From Roseibacillus sp. (lineage in GTDB: Bacteria; Verrucomicrobiota; Verrucomicrobiia; Verrucomicrobiales; Akkermansiaceae), in contig JBPOGI010000006.1 of the NCBI GenBank assembly GCA_051251855.1, positions 192,001 through 256,000 of the forward strand: DNA of 64,000 bases. Reading direction: 5' to 3'. Position numbers and translations under genes: made by a program. Under the pieces are notes generated by a model that worked only from the letters and a program-made list of their open reading frames with translations, was not told the DNA's origin and searched no databases. Position 1 is the first letter of the stretch, and the number at the start of each line of letters is the position of its first letter. This document shows positions 30,501 through 40,559 of the stretch, piece after piece.

Positions 30501-30988
30501 ACGATTTGGAGCCTTCGATTGCCGGCATCGTCGAAGCCGCCGTTGTGCATCTCCAGGCCGCGATAGTTTTCAGGAGAGTCGATGGAGTCGAGTTGAATGA
30601 GGACCGCGAAGTAGACGGTGCCATCGGTGGCATCGGTGAATGGGTTGGCGAGAATTCTCCCTGCGCGACCGAAACCGTTTTGAAAGTATTCAATGGCTCC
30701 GCCCGCTGTCACCATCGTGTCAACACCGTCGGTATAGGTGAGTCCTGTAGCGGAGACATCGGGTGATTGAGCGCCTCCGTAGGCCTCCATCCAATTGCCG
30801 GTGAAGCCTGTTCGAGCTGGGCCTTGACTGACAAGGTTGTTGAATCCGCTGGTATAGTCCGGTGTTCCCCCTGTTTCGAAAGAGTCTTCGGCAGTCACGG
30901 CGGCGGAAAGACTGCCGAGCGAGCTCATCAGGGAGAGTGGGACGAGTCCTTGGAGGACCCGATTTTTGGAGAGGAGGATTTTTTTCAT
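27536..30988 (-). CDS. Large secreted acidic protein with DxDxDG calcium-binding (TSP3-like) repeats
   Basis: Signal peptide, many DTDGDGL.D..E...GT(N/D)P repeats and a verrucomicrobial-type KGFYRI C-terminus. Confidence 0.85.
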   Translation of the reverse strand: MKKILLSKNRVLQGLVPLSLMSSLGSLSAAVTAEDSFETGGTPDYTSGFNNLVSQGPARTGFTGNWMEAYGGAQSPDVSATGLTYTDGVDTMVTAGGAIEYFQNGFGRAGRILANPFTDATDGTVYFAVLIQLDSIDSPENYRGLEMHNGGFDDAGNRRLQIVTGEPGTAANDANFGLRLLEDTANFSADLGAPDLNVNLFVGKITFSTTGGADAISIWRNPSSLGSESASGTADATLSGFDLQIDRVSVARFNNGTPDGGGGTTGNGFILDEIRFGTTWSDVTTVLDGTDTDGDGLPDDWEIANMLDEIDPGTIGESSPGVKDGPYGALGDPDFDGSSNAQEYARGTNPQDADSDDDGIFDGNETGNGTSVGTFVDATNTGTDPLNPDSDGDGLSDGVETGTLVFVDADNTGSDPNKPDTDSDGANDLSEVAAGTDPSSAASSPSTANADVVGIDYFDYPLGTLDNAAGGEFFDYDNSTTNDAFIGHLNDQSAWFGNSQVVCGKLITENNSTAYRSLAGPIAGGEAISQFGDLADASNKKIYFRVDMTYQTGVTYAGLSFFRNGAEQMFFGVSGLDQMLGIEEPGGVNDTVQAPIDGQTYTLVGAIGEDSGSATAKLFIDPDLTLAEPAFGDADLIPNNPANLTPSAIRFISGGSGAIEWDNLVITTTWGALDTTTPTDSDGDGLRDTFEQTFAGDLTTLTSSTANDDTDTLDNGTEQTLGTNPLAEDTDGDTLDDNIEVANGTNPCLLDTDGDGLNDDWETNDNNFVDGNNTGTDPLVVDTDLDGLDDGFEVSLGSDPTDIASTPATSTTLLCNGYREDLYGPAISVQGIQTEFGDNFSELNAAYAGVQNGKLFLMLTGNIEGNFNKLNIFIDSTSAVSTNVLTAAGNDGSGVMNGLTFDTGFAPDYHLIVRRGFGSTNQLDMDISNLATGQFASFNDIFGGSQEGFADTGTPNSGALTPNPIGVGYFNLNQAGITGGTGAADPVAAQAVRAGFEVCIDLADIGSPSGGNIKAMAFVTNSNLTFTSNQFLGSLPEDLNGVGVGTPNLSQTDVIDLSAISDDQCFTINVPTQNSGISIIDCSLSGSNLTLTAGNLISGNDYHVEFSPDLATAFTDVAGSTFNAGGVTENILVTVSGSKGFYRIAAGVAQ

Positions 30989-31196
30989 GGTTTTGTATCA
31001 GAGTCGAAGGGGCAGCAGACTGCCTTGTAGACGGAAATCAGCTTTCCAACGAGAGAATGATATTTCGATAGCCGAGGTTTACGCTGAGGTTGTTTTTTTT
31101 GCTTCGGATTTTGGAACCATTAGGGTGAGGGTGATTTCTTGGTGTTCTGTGCTGAGGAGGCGTTCTTGGTATTCATCATTTTGATTGAAATGAGGT

Positions 31197-32303
31197 TTGT
31201 TTTTCGGCTCAGATCGGTCCTTGCTTTCTCTCGTGTCACGGTGGTTGGTAGCGTTTGTTTTTTGGCTTTGGAGTCTCGCATGGGTTTCCGGACATGTCGT
31301 GGAGCAGTTGTATTCCGAGTGGCAAAATACGAATAACGGCTGGCAGCTTGAGATTCAGTTTGATGCGGGATATGCGGAGCCAGAAACTCGGGATGATCCG
31401 TTTCAACCCGCGATTCCACGCAAGTGGCTGGTGGCGCAGACGGAGGAGGTATGGGCAGAGCTGCGGGAGGAGGCGGAGAGTTACCTTAAGAGAATGTTGG
31501 TGCTGGAAGCCAATGGTCGTGAGTTAGATTGGGAAATCGGTTTTCCTGATTGGGAAACGAGTCCGCCAGATTTTCCCAAGTTACTCAATGGCATAGCCTA
31601 CTTTCGGGTAGTGGTCGAAGGAACGGAGCCAGGCCGAATTGCGGTGGGGGTGAGGGAAGGGAGTTTCCCCAAGTTGATTGTGGAGAAGGAGGGTGACTTT
31701 CTGGTGTTAGCGGCAGGGGAGACCAAGGAGTTGCGCGAAGGGGGACGTTGGTGGGTGTGGTTGCGGGAAGGCTACCGACATGTAGTGCCGCTGGGTTGGG
31801 ATCATGTGCTCTTTGTGTTTGGCCTCTTCTTCTATCGCCGCAAGTTTTTGGAGCTTCTTCATCAGTCGCTTGCCTTCACGGTGGCGCATTCGTTGACCCT
31901 GGGGTTGGCGGCAGCGGGATGGGTGGTTTTGCCCGAGAGTTGGAGTGGCCCGCTTGAGATTTTGATCGCGCTGAGTTTGGTGATGGTGGGGTTAGAGAAT
32001 CTGAGGTCGGAAAGGAAGCTGAAGACGCGACTGGTATTGGTCTTCCTGTTAGGGCTTCTCCATGGACTGGGATTCGCGGGCGCGCTAGCGAGCTATGTCG
32101 ATCGTGATCAGCTCGTTTCCTCGGTGGCCGCGCTGAATATCGGAGTGGAGTTGGCGCAGATCAGCTTGCTGGCTTTGGCTTGGGTGCTGACGTGGAAATG
32201 GCACGAAAAGCCCGCCTATGAAAGAGTGCGCCTGACAGGGAGTGTCTTGGTGGCTTCGGCGGGAGGCTTTTGGGCGGTGACTCGATTGTTGGAGCAGCTC
32301 TAG
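31197..32303 (+). CDS. HupE/UreJ-like membrane protein (start uncertain)
   Basis: HVVPLGWDHVLF, AFTVAHSLTL, GLLHGLGFAG and NIGVELAQ. Confidence 0.87.
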   Translation: MFFGSDRSLLSLVSRWLVAFVFWLWSLAWVSGHVVEQLYSEWQNTNNGWQLEIQFDAGYAEPETRDDPFQPAIPRKWLVAQTEEVWAELREEAESYLKRMLVLEANGRELDWEIGFPDWETSPPDFPKLLNGIAYFRVVVEGTEPGRIAVGVREGSFPKLIVEKEGDFLVLAAGETKELREGGRWWVWLREGYRHVVPLGWDHVLFVFGLFFYRRKFLELLHQSLAFTVAHSLTLGLAAAGWVVLPESWSGPLEILIALSLVMVGLENLRSERKLKTRLVLVFLLGLLHGLGFAGALASYVDRDQLVSSVAALNIGVELAQISLLALAWVLTWKWHEKPAYERVRLTGSVLVASAGGFWAVTRLLEQL

Positions 32304-32365
32304 AGAAATGGCGAGGCAGCCTTTACTCCCGCCTGCAGTGAAAAGTGCGGCAATGAGGGGGCCGT

Positions 32366-32621
32366 CCCGAATGGCGCTGCATTAAGCTAAAAATCAGAAG
32401 ATAGCGAAGTCGGTGGCCGTAGGCTTCGGAGCGTGGCTTTGTAAGCCGCTGGGGTTGATCTCGCTACTAGGGAGACGACTCAATCGTTGCCAGATGAGTG
32501 AGTTCGGAGGTGAGCAGGCCTACCCTGAATATGCGACACTACTAGGTTGCGGCTTGGAAAGACCACGCTCCTTACTCTTAGCCTGCGGCACGAAAAAACG
32601 CTTAATGCAGTGGCATTCGGG
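32366..32621. mobile_element. Non-autonomous IS4-like MITE, copy 1
   Basis: 22-bp terminal inverted repeat with 2 mismatches (CCCGAATGGCGCTGCATTAAGC ... GCTTAATGCAGTGGCATTCGGG); no transposase; diverged inverted copy at 42705-42963. Confidence 0.75.
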
Positions 32622-32757
32622 TCCGCCCCTCCTTGAAAGAGCCTCGAGGGGGGCGCACCTTAACACAGAAGGATTCAAGGGAATTGAGTCAGTGATAAGT
32701 TGCTCGCTCGTTCGCCGTAGCTTAGAATCAACGCACGCCTCTAGTTCCCCTTTGTTC

Positions 32758-34041
32758 ATGAGTCTCAGCCGCCGACACTTTCTAAAATCCGCCGGGATCA
32801 CCATTGCCTTGCCGTTCATGCCTTCTCTCCCTCTTCTGGGGCAGACGAAGTGGACTCATTCTTCGTTGAAAAAGCGCATGGTCTTTGTTTCCACTGGGCT
32901 CGGGATGTATCCGGGAGCTTTTTTCCCGAAAGGATTCGGGCAGGCATTCGATCCTTCTCCCAGCCTCCGGCCAATGATGAAGCATTTGGGAGATTTTACG
33001 GTCTTCTCTAACATGGACCACCCGAACGTTCGCGGAGGCCACGGCGGTCTCAGTCATTTCTTAAATGGAGGCGACTTCGGGCGAGTGAAATCCAATCGCA
33101 TTGCCACCGTTGATCAGGTCGCCGCGACTGCGATGGGTTACGAAACGCGATTTCCTTCCCTTCATCTCTCTTTGGGAGGAAAAGGGTCGCCCTCGATCAC
33201 GACGTCGGGAACACAAAAGCGGGTGGAAGGCACCCCGCAACAATTGTTTGGCAAACTCTTTGTCGAAGATAGTGACGCCGCAAAACGAGCGTTGGCCAAA
33301 GATATTGAAGAGCAGGGGAGTATTCTTGATTTGATTCGGGAACAGGCGCGCTCGATCGGCAACCAAGTGAATCACAAAGACCGTGAAAAGCTGGATGAAT
33401 ACCTCACCGCCATTCGTGATGCCGAGCGCAAACTCCAAGGGATGAAAAAGTGGCAGCATGTTGATAAGCCCAAAGTGGACTCTGCGGTGGTGGAAGTGGA
33501 TCGAAAGAAGGCTAAGAGTGATGATAATAGCTTCGATACCGAAGCCTCCATGATGTTCGACTTGGTTCATTTGGCGATTGAGTCCGACTCGAGCCGAATC
33601 TTCACGATCAGCTTCGGAATGCATAATCGCCGTATTGACCTTGATGGCGTCAATAGCGGTTACCACAGCTTGTCTCACCATGGTCGGAGGCCAGATAAGC
33701 TGAAGCAGTTAGAAGTTCTCGAGTCTAACTATGTGACCCAAGTGTCTCGCCTCATGGATAGACTGAAAGAGAGTGGGAGCGAGGGAGGGAATCTGCTGGA
33801 TGAGACGATGATTCTCTTTGGAAGTGCCTTGAGTGATGCCGCGCGCCACTCCAATCGTGATTTGCCCATCATGCTGGCGGGTGGAGGATTTCAGCATAAA
33901 GGCCATGTCGATATGCAACAAACGGTCAACAAGAACGCCACTCCGCTCAATAACCTCTACACCTCGATGTTGCAAAATTTTGGGCTAGAGGTGGAAAAAT
34001 ACAATAGCGCGACCGGCGACTTGAATCACATTCTTACCTAA
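32758..34041 (+). CDS. DUF1552 family protein
   Basis: Tat-like SRRHFLK, TVDQVAA, TRFPSL, SILD, YHSLSHHG and HSNRDLPIMLAGG. Confidence 0.9.
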   Translation: MSLSRRHFLKSAGITIALPFMPSLPLLGQTKWTHSSLKKRMVFVSTGLGMYPGAFFPKGFGQAFDPSPSLRPMMKHLGDFTVFSNMDHPNVRGGHGGLSHFLNGGDFGRVKSNRIATVDQVAATAMGYETRFPSLHLSLGGKGSPSITTSGTQKRVEGTPQQLFGKLFVEDSDAAKRALAKDIEEQGSILDLIREQARSIGNQVNHKDREKLDEYLTAIRDAERKLQGMKKWQHVDKPKVDSAVVEVDRKKAKSDDNSFDTEASMMFDLVHLAIESDSSRIFTISFGMHNRRIDLDGVNSGYHSLSHHGRRPDKLKQLEVLESNYVTQVSRLMDRLKESGSEGGNLLDETMILFGSALSDAARHSNRDLPIMLAGGGFQHKGHVDMQQTVNKNATPLNNLYTSMLQNFGLEVEKYNSATGDLNHILT

Positions 34042-34051
34042 TCTGATTTCC

Positions 34052-36376
34052 ATGAAGTTCTTTCGTTCGCTGGCATTCTTAAGTGCCCTGATGACTCCGA
34101 TCTCGGCATCGGAGTTTGCACCCGTGATCCCATTTCTAGAGAAATACTGCATCGAATGCCACGGCGAGGAGAAGCAGGAAGGAAAAATCCGTTTGGACGA
34201 TGCCTTGAGTATCGGAGCGGACCTTTGGATTGACATTTATGATCAGTTGGAGGCTGACGAGATGCCTCCCTTTGAGGCTGATGTTCATCCTCCAGTCGTC
34301 GAGTTGGAAGAGATGATCCGGCTCATCGACAAAATTTCCCGAGATGAGCGTTTCACGGTTGCCACCGGCTATCGGCGTCTCAACAAGCGGGAGTATCGTA
34401 ATACTGTGCGGGACCTTCTCGGTTTGAATGAGAACAAGCTATTCGACCCAGCTAGCTTCATCTATGAAGACGTTGTTGAAGAAGGGTTCGACACCAATAG
34501 CGAGAACCTCATCATTACGAATGAACTTTTGATTGAGTATTTACGGTCTGCTCAAACAAGCCTGAGAACAGCGCTGAACATTGATACGCAGGAGCCGCCA
34601 GCTCAAAAGGTGACCGCCTATGTCCCTAAAGAACTCAGAGTTTCTGGCATCCTAACGACTAAGGGAAAGGATAGGGTGGTTCTCAGAACGGGCAATGGCT
34701 TTGTTACTGTAAAAGACGCAGAGAAAGCGGTTACTGTATCCGGTAATTACCGAATCCAAGTGACGGCGGCAGGGGTGGATCGCATCGAAGACAACAAATT
34801 CACTCGGCCCAACAATGTGCCCCCCAAAGGAGTTCCGTTTCAGATGGCAATTGCGGGGAGCTTCAAAGGTCAGTCGAAACTCTATCAAGAGTTCGATCTC
34901 AAAGACGAAGTGTTCACGACCCATGAAGCGGTGATCTGGCTGGACAAGGGTTCAATTCCACAAGTAATTGCCGTCAATGGCCATGGCAAACCTCGTAACA
35001 TTCAAAGGCATACTCCTGAGGAACATCGGCAGCCCTATCCCGGGGTGGCGGTCTCGGAGATCGTGATCGAAGGCCCTCTTGCCTTGGAGTGGCCTCCGCA
35101 AACTTATCGGGTCACTTATAATAGCGATGAGATGCCTGACTTTGAGGTCGCAGGTGAGCGGCGTAAGATTCTCAACAACTTCATCTCGCGTGCCTTCCGG
35201 CGCAATGTCCCTTCGGCGGAGCAGGAGAAGTTCTATCGCTATCTCGAAGAGGAATACAAGAAGGACCAGAATTGGCAGGAAGCGATGATTCGGACTTTTG
35301 CGGTCATTATGGCCTCGACTGATTTTCTTTATATCAAAGAAGACTTGGGAGAGCTCAATGGCTTTCAATTGGCGAACCGCCTCTCCTACTTTCTTTGGAG
35401 TACCATGCCCGACATGGAATTATTCGAGTTGGCTTATTCGGGCGATCTCCTGAATCCCAAAATTTACCGTGCGCAGGTGAGGCGTATGATGAGGGACCCT
35501 CGCACGGAGAATTTCACGGAAAGTTTCGCTTCACAATGGCTCTCGATTGACGAGCTGGGTCAAATGCGGCCCAGCGAAGATGAGAGACAGTATAAGGTTT
35601 ACTTTAACGAGCGTCTTGAGGAGTCAATGAGGCAAGAGACTCTCCTCTACTTTCAGCACGTGCTTTTTGAGAATTTGCCCATTACCGATTTCTTGGATAG
35701 CGACTATACTTTCTTAAATGAGCCTCTTGCTGAACTCTATGATATCCCTTTCGAAGCGGGCGAGGACCGCCGAGTGATGAAACTCGTCAGGCTTCCTCCG
35801 AAATCGGTGCGAGGTGGTTTGCTGGGTCACGCAAGTATCCATGCGGTCACTTCTAACGGGGTGGAGACTCTTCCGGTGACTCGTGGTCATTGGGTTCTTG
35901 ATGAGCTCATGGGCACGCCGCCACCACCGGCTCCGGAAGAGGTTCCCGCTCTCGTGCCGGACTTGACAGGGGTGGACACTCCTCGTGAACAGCTGAAGCG
36001 CCACCGAGAGGATCCCAAGTGCTTCTCCTGTCACCAGGTGATGGACCCAGCGGGGCTTGCGCTCGAGAGCTTCGACATTATCGGGCGCTATCGCACTGAC
36101 TATGGAAAGGGTTCTTCGCGTATCGACCCTTCGGGAAAATACCTTCATACCTCCTTCAAAGATATCCGCGGATTGCGCAAAGCTCTCCTTAAACAGGATT
36201 CCACCTTTGCCATTAACTTCATCGCTCGTATTGCGGAATATGGCAAAGGGCGAGAACTCAATCGTGACGATATGGATATCGTGTATCAGATAGCGCGGAA
36301 AGCTCAGCGTGAGGGTTTTCGGTTCATGACCATCATGGTGGATATTCTCAACAGTGACTTGATTCTGCGGCGGTAG
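34052..36376 (+). CDS. DUF1592/DUF1588/DUF1587 cytochrome c protein
   Basis: CIECHG, EMPP, RRLNKREYRNTVRDLLG, RLSYFLWSTMPD and CFSCH. Confidence 0.9.
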   Translation: MKFFRSLAFLSALMTPISASEFAPVIPFLEKYCIECHGEEKQEGKIRLDDALSIGADLWIDIYDQLEADEMPPFEADVHPPVVELEEMIRLIDKISRDERFTVATGYRRLNKREYRNTVRDLLGLNENKLFDPASFIYEDVVEEGFDTNSENLIITNELLIEYLRSAQTSLRTALNIDTQEPPAQKVTAYVPKELRVSGILTTKGKDRVVLRTGNGFVTVKDAEKAVTVSGNYRIQVTAAGVDRIEDNKFTRPNNVPPKGVPFQMAIAGSFKGQSKLYQEFDLKDEVFTTHEAVIWLDKGSIPQVIAVNGHGKPRNIQRHTPEEHRQPYPGVAVSEIVIEGPLALEWPPQTYRVTYNSDEMPDFEVAGERRKILNNFISRAFRRNVPSAEQEKFYRYLEEEYKKDQNWQEAMIRTFAVIMASTDFLYIKEDLGELNGFQLANRLSYFLWSTMPDMELFELAYSGDLLNPKIYRAQVRRMMRDPRTENFTESFASQWLSIDELGQMRPSEDERQYKVYFNERLEESMRQETLLYFQHVLFENLPITDFLDSDYTFLNEPLAELYDIPFEAGEDRRVMKLVRLPPKSVRGGLLGHASIHAVTSNGVETLPVTRGHWVLDELMGTPPPPAPEEVPALVPDLTGVDTPREQLKRHREDPKCFSCHQVMDPAGLALESFDIIGRYRTDYGKGSSRIDPSGKYLHTSFKDIRGLRKALLKQDSTFAINFIARIAEYGKGRELNRDDMDIVYQIARKAQREGFRFMTIMVDILNSDLILRR

Positions 36377-36478
36377 TGGGGCTGGTTTGGCGGAGTGGGT
36401 TGTGAAAAGCGTCCTAGACTCGGAGTGCTGTTCTGGCAGGATGTCGGGCGCACTCAGTGACTACTGAGATTTCAATTC

Positions 36479-37348
36479 ATGAAGACTCTTCTTTCTATCG
36501 CGACTATCTTTTTTTCCGGAGGCCTCTCTTGCGCTGAACCTCTCGCTGAGGAGGGATTCGAAACGATTTTCAATGGGAAGGATTGGGAGGGGTGGTATTT
36601 GAAGATTCGAAGTGGCGATGAGGAATTGGCCAAGAAGGTGTTCGCGATCGAGGAGGGTGTGATTCACGTCTTTAACGACCAATTCCCAGATGACTACGAG
36701 GTCGATAAGAAGGACAACAAGACTCATGGCATGCTCTACTATGAGAAGAAGTGCTCACACTACGTGTTGCGATTCGATTACAAGTGGGGTGATAAGAAGG
36801 CTAACAATTTTGAGGAGTGGCAGTACGATGCTGGCGTCTACTATCATGTGATCGACGATTCGATTTGGCCCACGGGCATCGAATATCAAATCCGCTACGA
36901 CCACACCAAAGACCGCAATCACACCGGGGATCTCATTCGACCTGGTAAAGTGAGATACGACTGGTTTTGTGCCGATGACTTCACTTACTTGCATCCTGAC
37001 GAGGGAGGGAAGCCGGAACAGGAAGTGAATGAGAAGAAGCAGTGGCTTCACTACGCCTCACATACCGATAATCATCACGCGCTCGATGGGCAGTGGAATG
37101 CGTGTGAGATTATTGTGATGGGGGACCAGTTTGCGATTCATAAGCTGAATGGCGAGGTCGTGAACATGGCTTTCAACCTAGAACCCTCGACAGGGATTTT
37201 CGGTTTTCAATCGGAAACGGCCGAGATTTTTTACCGCAATATTCGCCTGAAGGAGTTCGAGGAGCCGGTTCCCGCGAAGGAGTTTCTTGGTGAGGACTCA
37301 ACCCCTGTCGAAAAAGAAGAGCCTAGCGACGAGGCGGGCGAAGACTAA
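36479..37348 (+). CDS. DUF1080 (3-keto-disaccharide hydrolase-like) protein
   Basis: IFNGKDWEGW, IEYQI, GQWN and FQSE..EIFYRNIRLKE. Confidence 0.87.
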   Translation: MKTLLSIATIFFSGGLSCAEPLAEEGFETIFNGKDWEGWYLKIRSGDEELAKKVFAIEEGVIHVFNDQFPDDYEVDKKDNKTHGMLYYEKKCSHYVLRFDYKWGDKKANNFEEWQYDAGVYYHVIDDSIWPTGIEYQIRYDHTKDRNHTGDLIRPGKVRYDWFCADDFTYLHPDEGGKPEQEVNEKKQWLHYASHTDNHHALDGQWNACEIIVMGDQFAIHKLNGEVVNMAFNLEPSTGIFGFQSETAEIFYRNIRLKEFEEPVPAKEFLGEDSTPVEKEEPSDEAGED

Positions 37349-37352
37349 AACT

Positions 37353-38873
37353 TTACGGAGTGTGTTTCTTGATGAATTCAAGCACCGGAGTGGGGTCCTT
37401 CATGCCATGGGAGTGACCTTTGTTCTCGATGATGACTTTGATTGAACCGCCTAACGCTTTGTAACGCTGCTCCATGATGGCATCATTTTCTTCATAGGGC
37501 ACCGCGTGGTCCTTGTTGCCGCAGACCATCAAAATGGGGACTCCAGCTTTAGCGAGCGGCTCCAAGAGGTCGATGGGACTTTCTTTGGTCTTCAGCGCTT
37601 CTTCATCGGTCGCGTAGCCAAACTTTTTCTTAAAGCCTCCCCATGATTTCGGGGCGCCGTTGCCCTTCGATGAGTTGCCGGGGACTTTGCTTCCGGCGGG
37701 CCAACTCAAGACATTGCAAACGCCATTGTCCACGTAGATGCTTGCGACCTTTTCGGGGTTGTTGGTTGCCCAACGAAAGAGGGACAAGGTTCCGCGGCTC
37801 ATGGAGGCCATCGAGCATTTTTCCGAAAAACCATAAACGGTTGTGAGCAGCTTGTAGGCGGCATCAATGTTGGCGTTGCCGCTCGGATGTCCGGCGACAT
37901 CGCCGTGCACGAGAACAACATGATATCCCTGTTCGACGAGCTTGAGATCGGCTTGATAAAAGAGAGGGATGGCATCCCAGAAGAGGCTGCGCCAAAGCCA
38001 GGGTTTTCCGGGAGCGGCTTCTTTGGGGCAAATTACGGTGACGGGAACTCCTTCCGTTTTGAATTGATAGCGGTCAAAGCCATGGAAGTCCTTCTTCTCT
38101 CCGGGGAATACGTTGGGGGAGGTGTCGGCTTGAATGAGCTCGATGGCTTTGTCGGCAAGACGTTGGCCAAAAATTCGATAACCTTCGCGGGTGTAGTGGA
38201 CATCGTTTCTGGGTTTCCCTGTTTTGGCGTCGGTCATGTCATTGAGGTCATCGGTGTTGACCCAGATGCGGGTAGGCTTGGCATTGGCAAAGGCGACTTG
38301 GAGGTCTCGCATCGCTGGCCATTCCGGGTGCTTTCCGGTCTCGAGGGTGTAGTCGCTCAGTCTCCCCAGAACGAGTAGGAGGTCATCTCGCCCAAGGTCT
38401 TTCTTCAATCGGGCGAGTAGCCTTTCTAAGCTCTTTTTGTAAACGCCTGTTTGGAATCTCGCGGCGTCATTTTCGCCCTGCATCCAGAGAAAGGTGACGG
38501 TGAGGATTTCACGCTCAGCAATCGCCTTTTTGATATTCTTGAGCAAGCGGTCATACAAGTGACCGCTTTCTTGTGCGGGCTGGCCTTTGGTTGATTTCCA
38601 ATCCCGATCCCAAGCGCTGATGGAGCGACCTCCCTTGGCGTCCTTGACCACGATCACGGAGTCGTCTCCAAGGGCTTCTACTATTGCGGGAGTGAATGAG
38701 ATCCCGGGATCGAGGCGCGCCATATTCGATTGGCCCGACAGAATGAAGAGATGGGCCGCTTCCTTTGAAGAGGATTCGCCTTCTTTTGGATAGAAGTAGA
38801 ATTCTGCCGCTTGAGCTGAGAGCGCGGCTCCCATGAGGAGGACGAGGAGGGCATTCTTAATTTGATTGTTCAT
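37353..38873 (-). CDS. Fusion of a sialate O-acetylesterase-like (SGNH/SASA) domain and an alpha/beta hydrolase
   Basis: FILSGQSNM, WMQGEND and NDVHY in the N-terminal half; GKPWLWR, SMSRG and KGHSHG in the C-terminal half. Confidence 0.82.
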   Translation of the reverse strand: MNNQIKNALLVLLMGAALSAQAAEFYFYPKEGESSSKEAAHLFILSGQSNMARLDPGISFTPAIVEALGDDSVIVVKDAKGGRSISAWDRDWKSTKGQPAQESGHLYDRLLKNIKKAIAEREILTVTFLWMQGENDAARFQTGVYKKSLERLLARLKKDLGRDDLLLVLGRLSDYTLETGKHPEWPAMRDLQVAFANAKPTRIWVNTDDLNDMTDAKTGKPRNDVHYTREGYRIFGQRLADKAIELIQADTSPNVFPGEKKDFHGFDRYQFKTEGVPVTVICPKEAAPGKPWLWRSLFWDAIPLFYQADLKLVEQGYHVVLVHGDVAGHPSGNANIDAAYKLLTTVYGFSEKCSMASMSRGTLSLFRWATNNPEKVASIYVDNGVCNVLSWPAGSKVPGNSSKGNGAPKSWGGFKKKFGYATDEEALKTKESPIDLLEPLAKAGVPILMVCGNKDHAVPYEENDAIMEQRYKALGGSIKVIIENKGHSHGMKDPTPVLEFIKKHTP

Positions 38874-39062
38874 CGATTAGACGGGTAGGAATGAGCTGTT
38901 CTACTACGTTTAAGGCAGGGCCTGAATATCATCGGATTTTCTTGCTGCTTCTTTGTGCGAAAAGGTTCCAGAATGAAGACACTACGGAAAACATTTCCTA
39001 AATCATTCTTGATACGATTCAATCCGAACCAAGAGAATCTCAATAGCCTCCACAAACTCTTC

Positions 39063-40559
39063 ATGAAAAATCGACTTCTTTTATTCGCTCTGTCTTCGCT
39101 GACAGCCTTCTCCTGGGCCGAGCCAACATCTCAGCCCAACGTGGTGATTCTCTATGCCGATGATATGGGCGTAGCAGATGTCTCTTACGGCGATAGCGAG
39201 GCTAAGATTCAAACCCCGAATATCGACCGGTTGGCGGAGCAAGGGATGACTTTTACTGATGGGCATAGTTCTTCCGGTATTTGCACACCGAGTCGTTATG
39301 CTCTTCTAACCGGCCAGCATCATTGGCGACGCTTCCATGGCATTGTGAACGCCTTTGGGGAATCTGTCTTTGAGCCTGAGGAGTTTACCATTGCTCGTAT
39401 GTTCAAGGAGCAGGGCTATCACACGGGTTGCTTTGGGAAGTGGCATCTAGGCTGGGACTGGGATGCCATTCGTAAGCCGGGTGAAAAGGCGAAAGCCACG
39501 AGTGCAGAAGCTTATGATTGGACCAAGCCCTTTCCCGGGGGACCTCTCGACCAAGGTTTTGACCGTTACTTTGGTGACGGTACCATCAACTTCCCGCCCT
39601 ACTGCTGGATCGAGGATGATCGCTTTGCCACCATTCCCGTTAAGCCGGTCATGAAGTCGCGTCCTCTCGCGGGGGGCGGGGGATTCCGTGGCGGACCAAT
39701 GGCAGAGGACTGGAACCCCTATGACATTCTTCCTACCATTACCAAGAAGACTGTTGAATGGATTGAAGAGCAGGAAGCTGGAAAACCTTTCTTCGCTTAC
39801 CTTGCTTTCAACTCACCGCACTATCCCATTGTTCCGAACAAGCAGTTTCATGGGAAGTCGCAGGCGGGTTACTATGGAGACTTCATGATTGAGACCGATG
39901 CTATGGTGGGTCAGGTGGTAGCGGCTTTGAAAGAGAAGGGTTTGTTAGAAAATACAATCGTGATTTTCACGGCTGATAATGGAGCGGAAAATTTAGGTTT
40001 CGACCGCCTTGAAAAATTCGGCCATTGGAGCTCCGGAGACTTTCGTGGCTTGAAGCGTGATATCTACGAGGGCGGTCATCGGGTGCCCTTCATCGTGAGT
40101 TGGCCGGGAAAAGTTGAGGCTGGTTCTCGCTCGGATGAGGTGGTGAGTCAGGTTGATTTGGCTGCCACCTTTGCTGAAATTACAGGTTATTCGCTGAACA
40201 ACGAAGAGGCCATCGATAGCTACAATCTCTTGCCGGTTTGGAAAGGGGAGGAATACGAGAGTCCCTTGCGGGCGGCCACGGTGCAGAATACCAATCCTGG
40301 TGCCTATGCTCTGCGCGAAGGGGACTGGGTCTTTATCAATAAGTCTTCAGGAGCGGCTCAGAAGGAGAAGAAGAGCTATCTCGAGCACTTCGAGTTGAAG
40401 ACCTTTTCTAAAGAAACCGAGGGGCTGCTCTTCAACCTGAAGGAGGATTCTCGGCAGTCTCAAAATGTTGCCGAGGAACATCCTGAGAAAGTCGCTGCAA
40501 TGCGAGCGCTCTTGGACCGGTATGTGGGTGGAGAGCGTTGTGCCCCTGAGAGAAAATGA
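39063..40559 (+). CDS. Arylsulfatase (Cys-type, family S1)
   Basis: [29 protein letters not shown] and DNG. Confidence 0.93.
   Translation: MKNRLLLFALSSLTAFSWAEPTSQPNVVILYADDMGVADVSYGDSEAKIQTPNIDRLAEQGMTFTDGHSSSGICTPSRYALLTGQHHWRRFHGIVNAFGESVFEPEEFTIARMFKEQGYHTGCFGKWHLGWDWDAIRKPGEKAKATSAEAYDWTKPFPGGPLDQGFDRYFGDGTINFPPYCWIEDDRFATIPVKPVMKSRPLAGGGGFRGGPMAEDWNPYDILPTITKKTVEWIEEQEAGKPFFAYLAFNSPHYPIVPNKQFHGKSQAGYYGDFMIETDAMVGQVVAALKEKGLLENTIVIFTADNGAENLGFDRLEKFGHWSSGDFRGLKRDIYEGGHRVPFIVSWPGKVEAGSRSDEVVSQVDLAATFAEITGYSLNNEEAIDSYNLLPVWKGEEYESPLRAATVQNTNPGAYALREGDWVFINKSSGAAQKEKKSYLEHFELKTFSKETEGLLFNLKEDSRQSQNVAEEHPEKVAAMRALLDRYVGGERCAPERK

Noticed and set aside
32413..32757. N-terminal extensions given by the ORF track (also 38955, 42986, 45411, 47229 and 48196)
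   Set aside because: They run through MITE, repeat or neighbouring-gene sequence; downstream ATGs give proper signal peptides or family N-termini.
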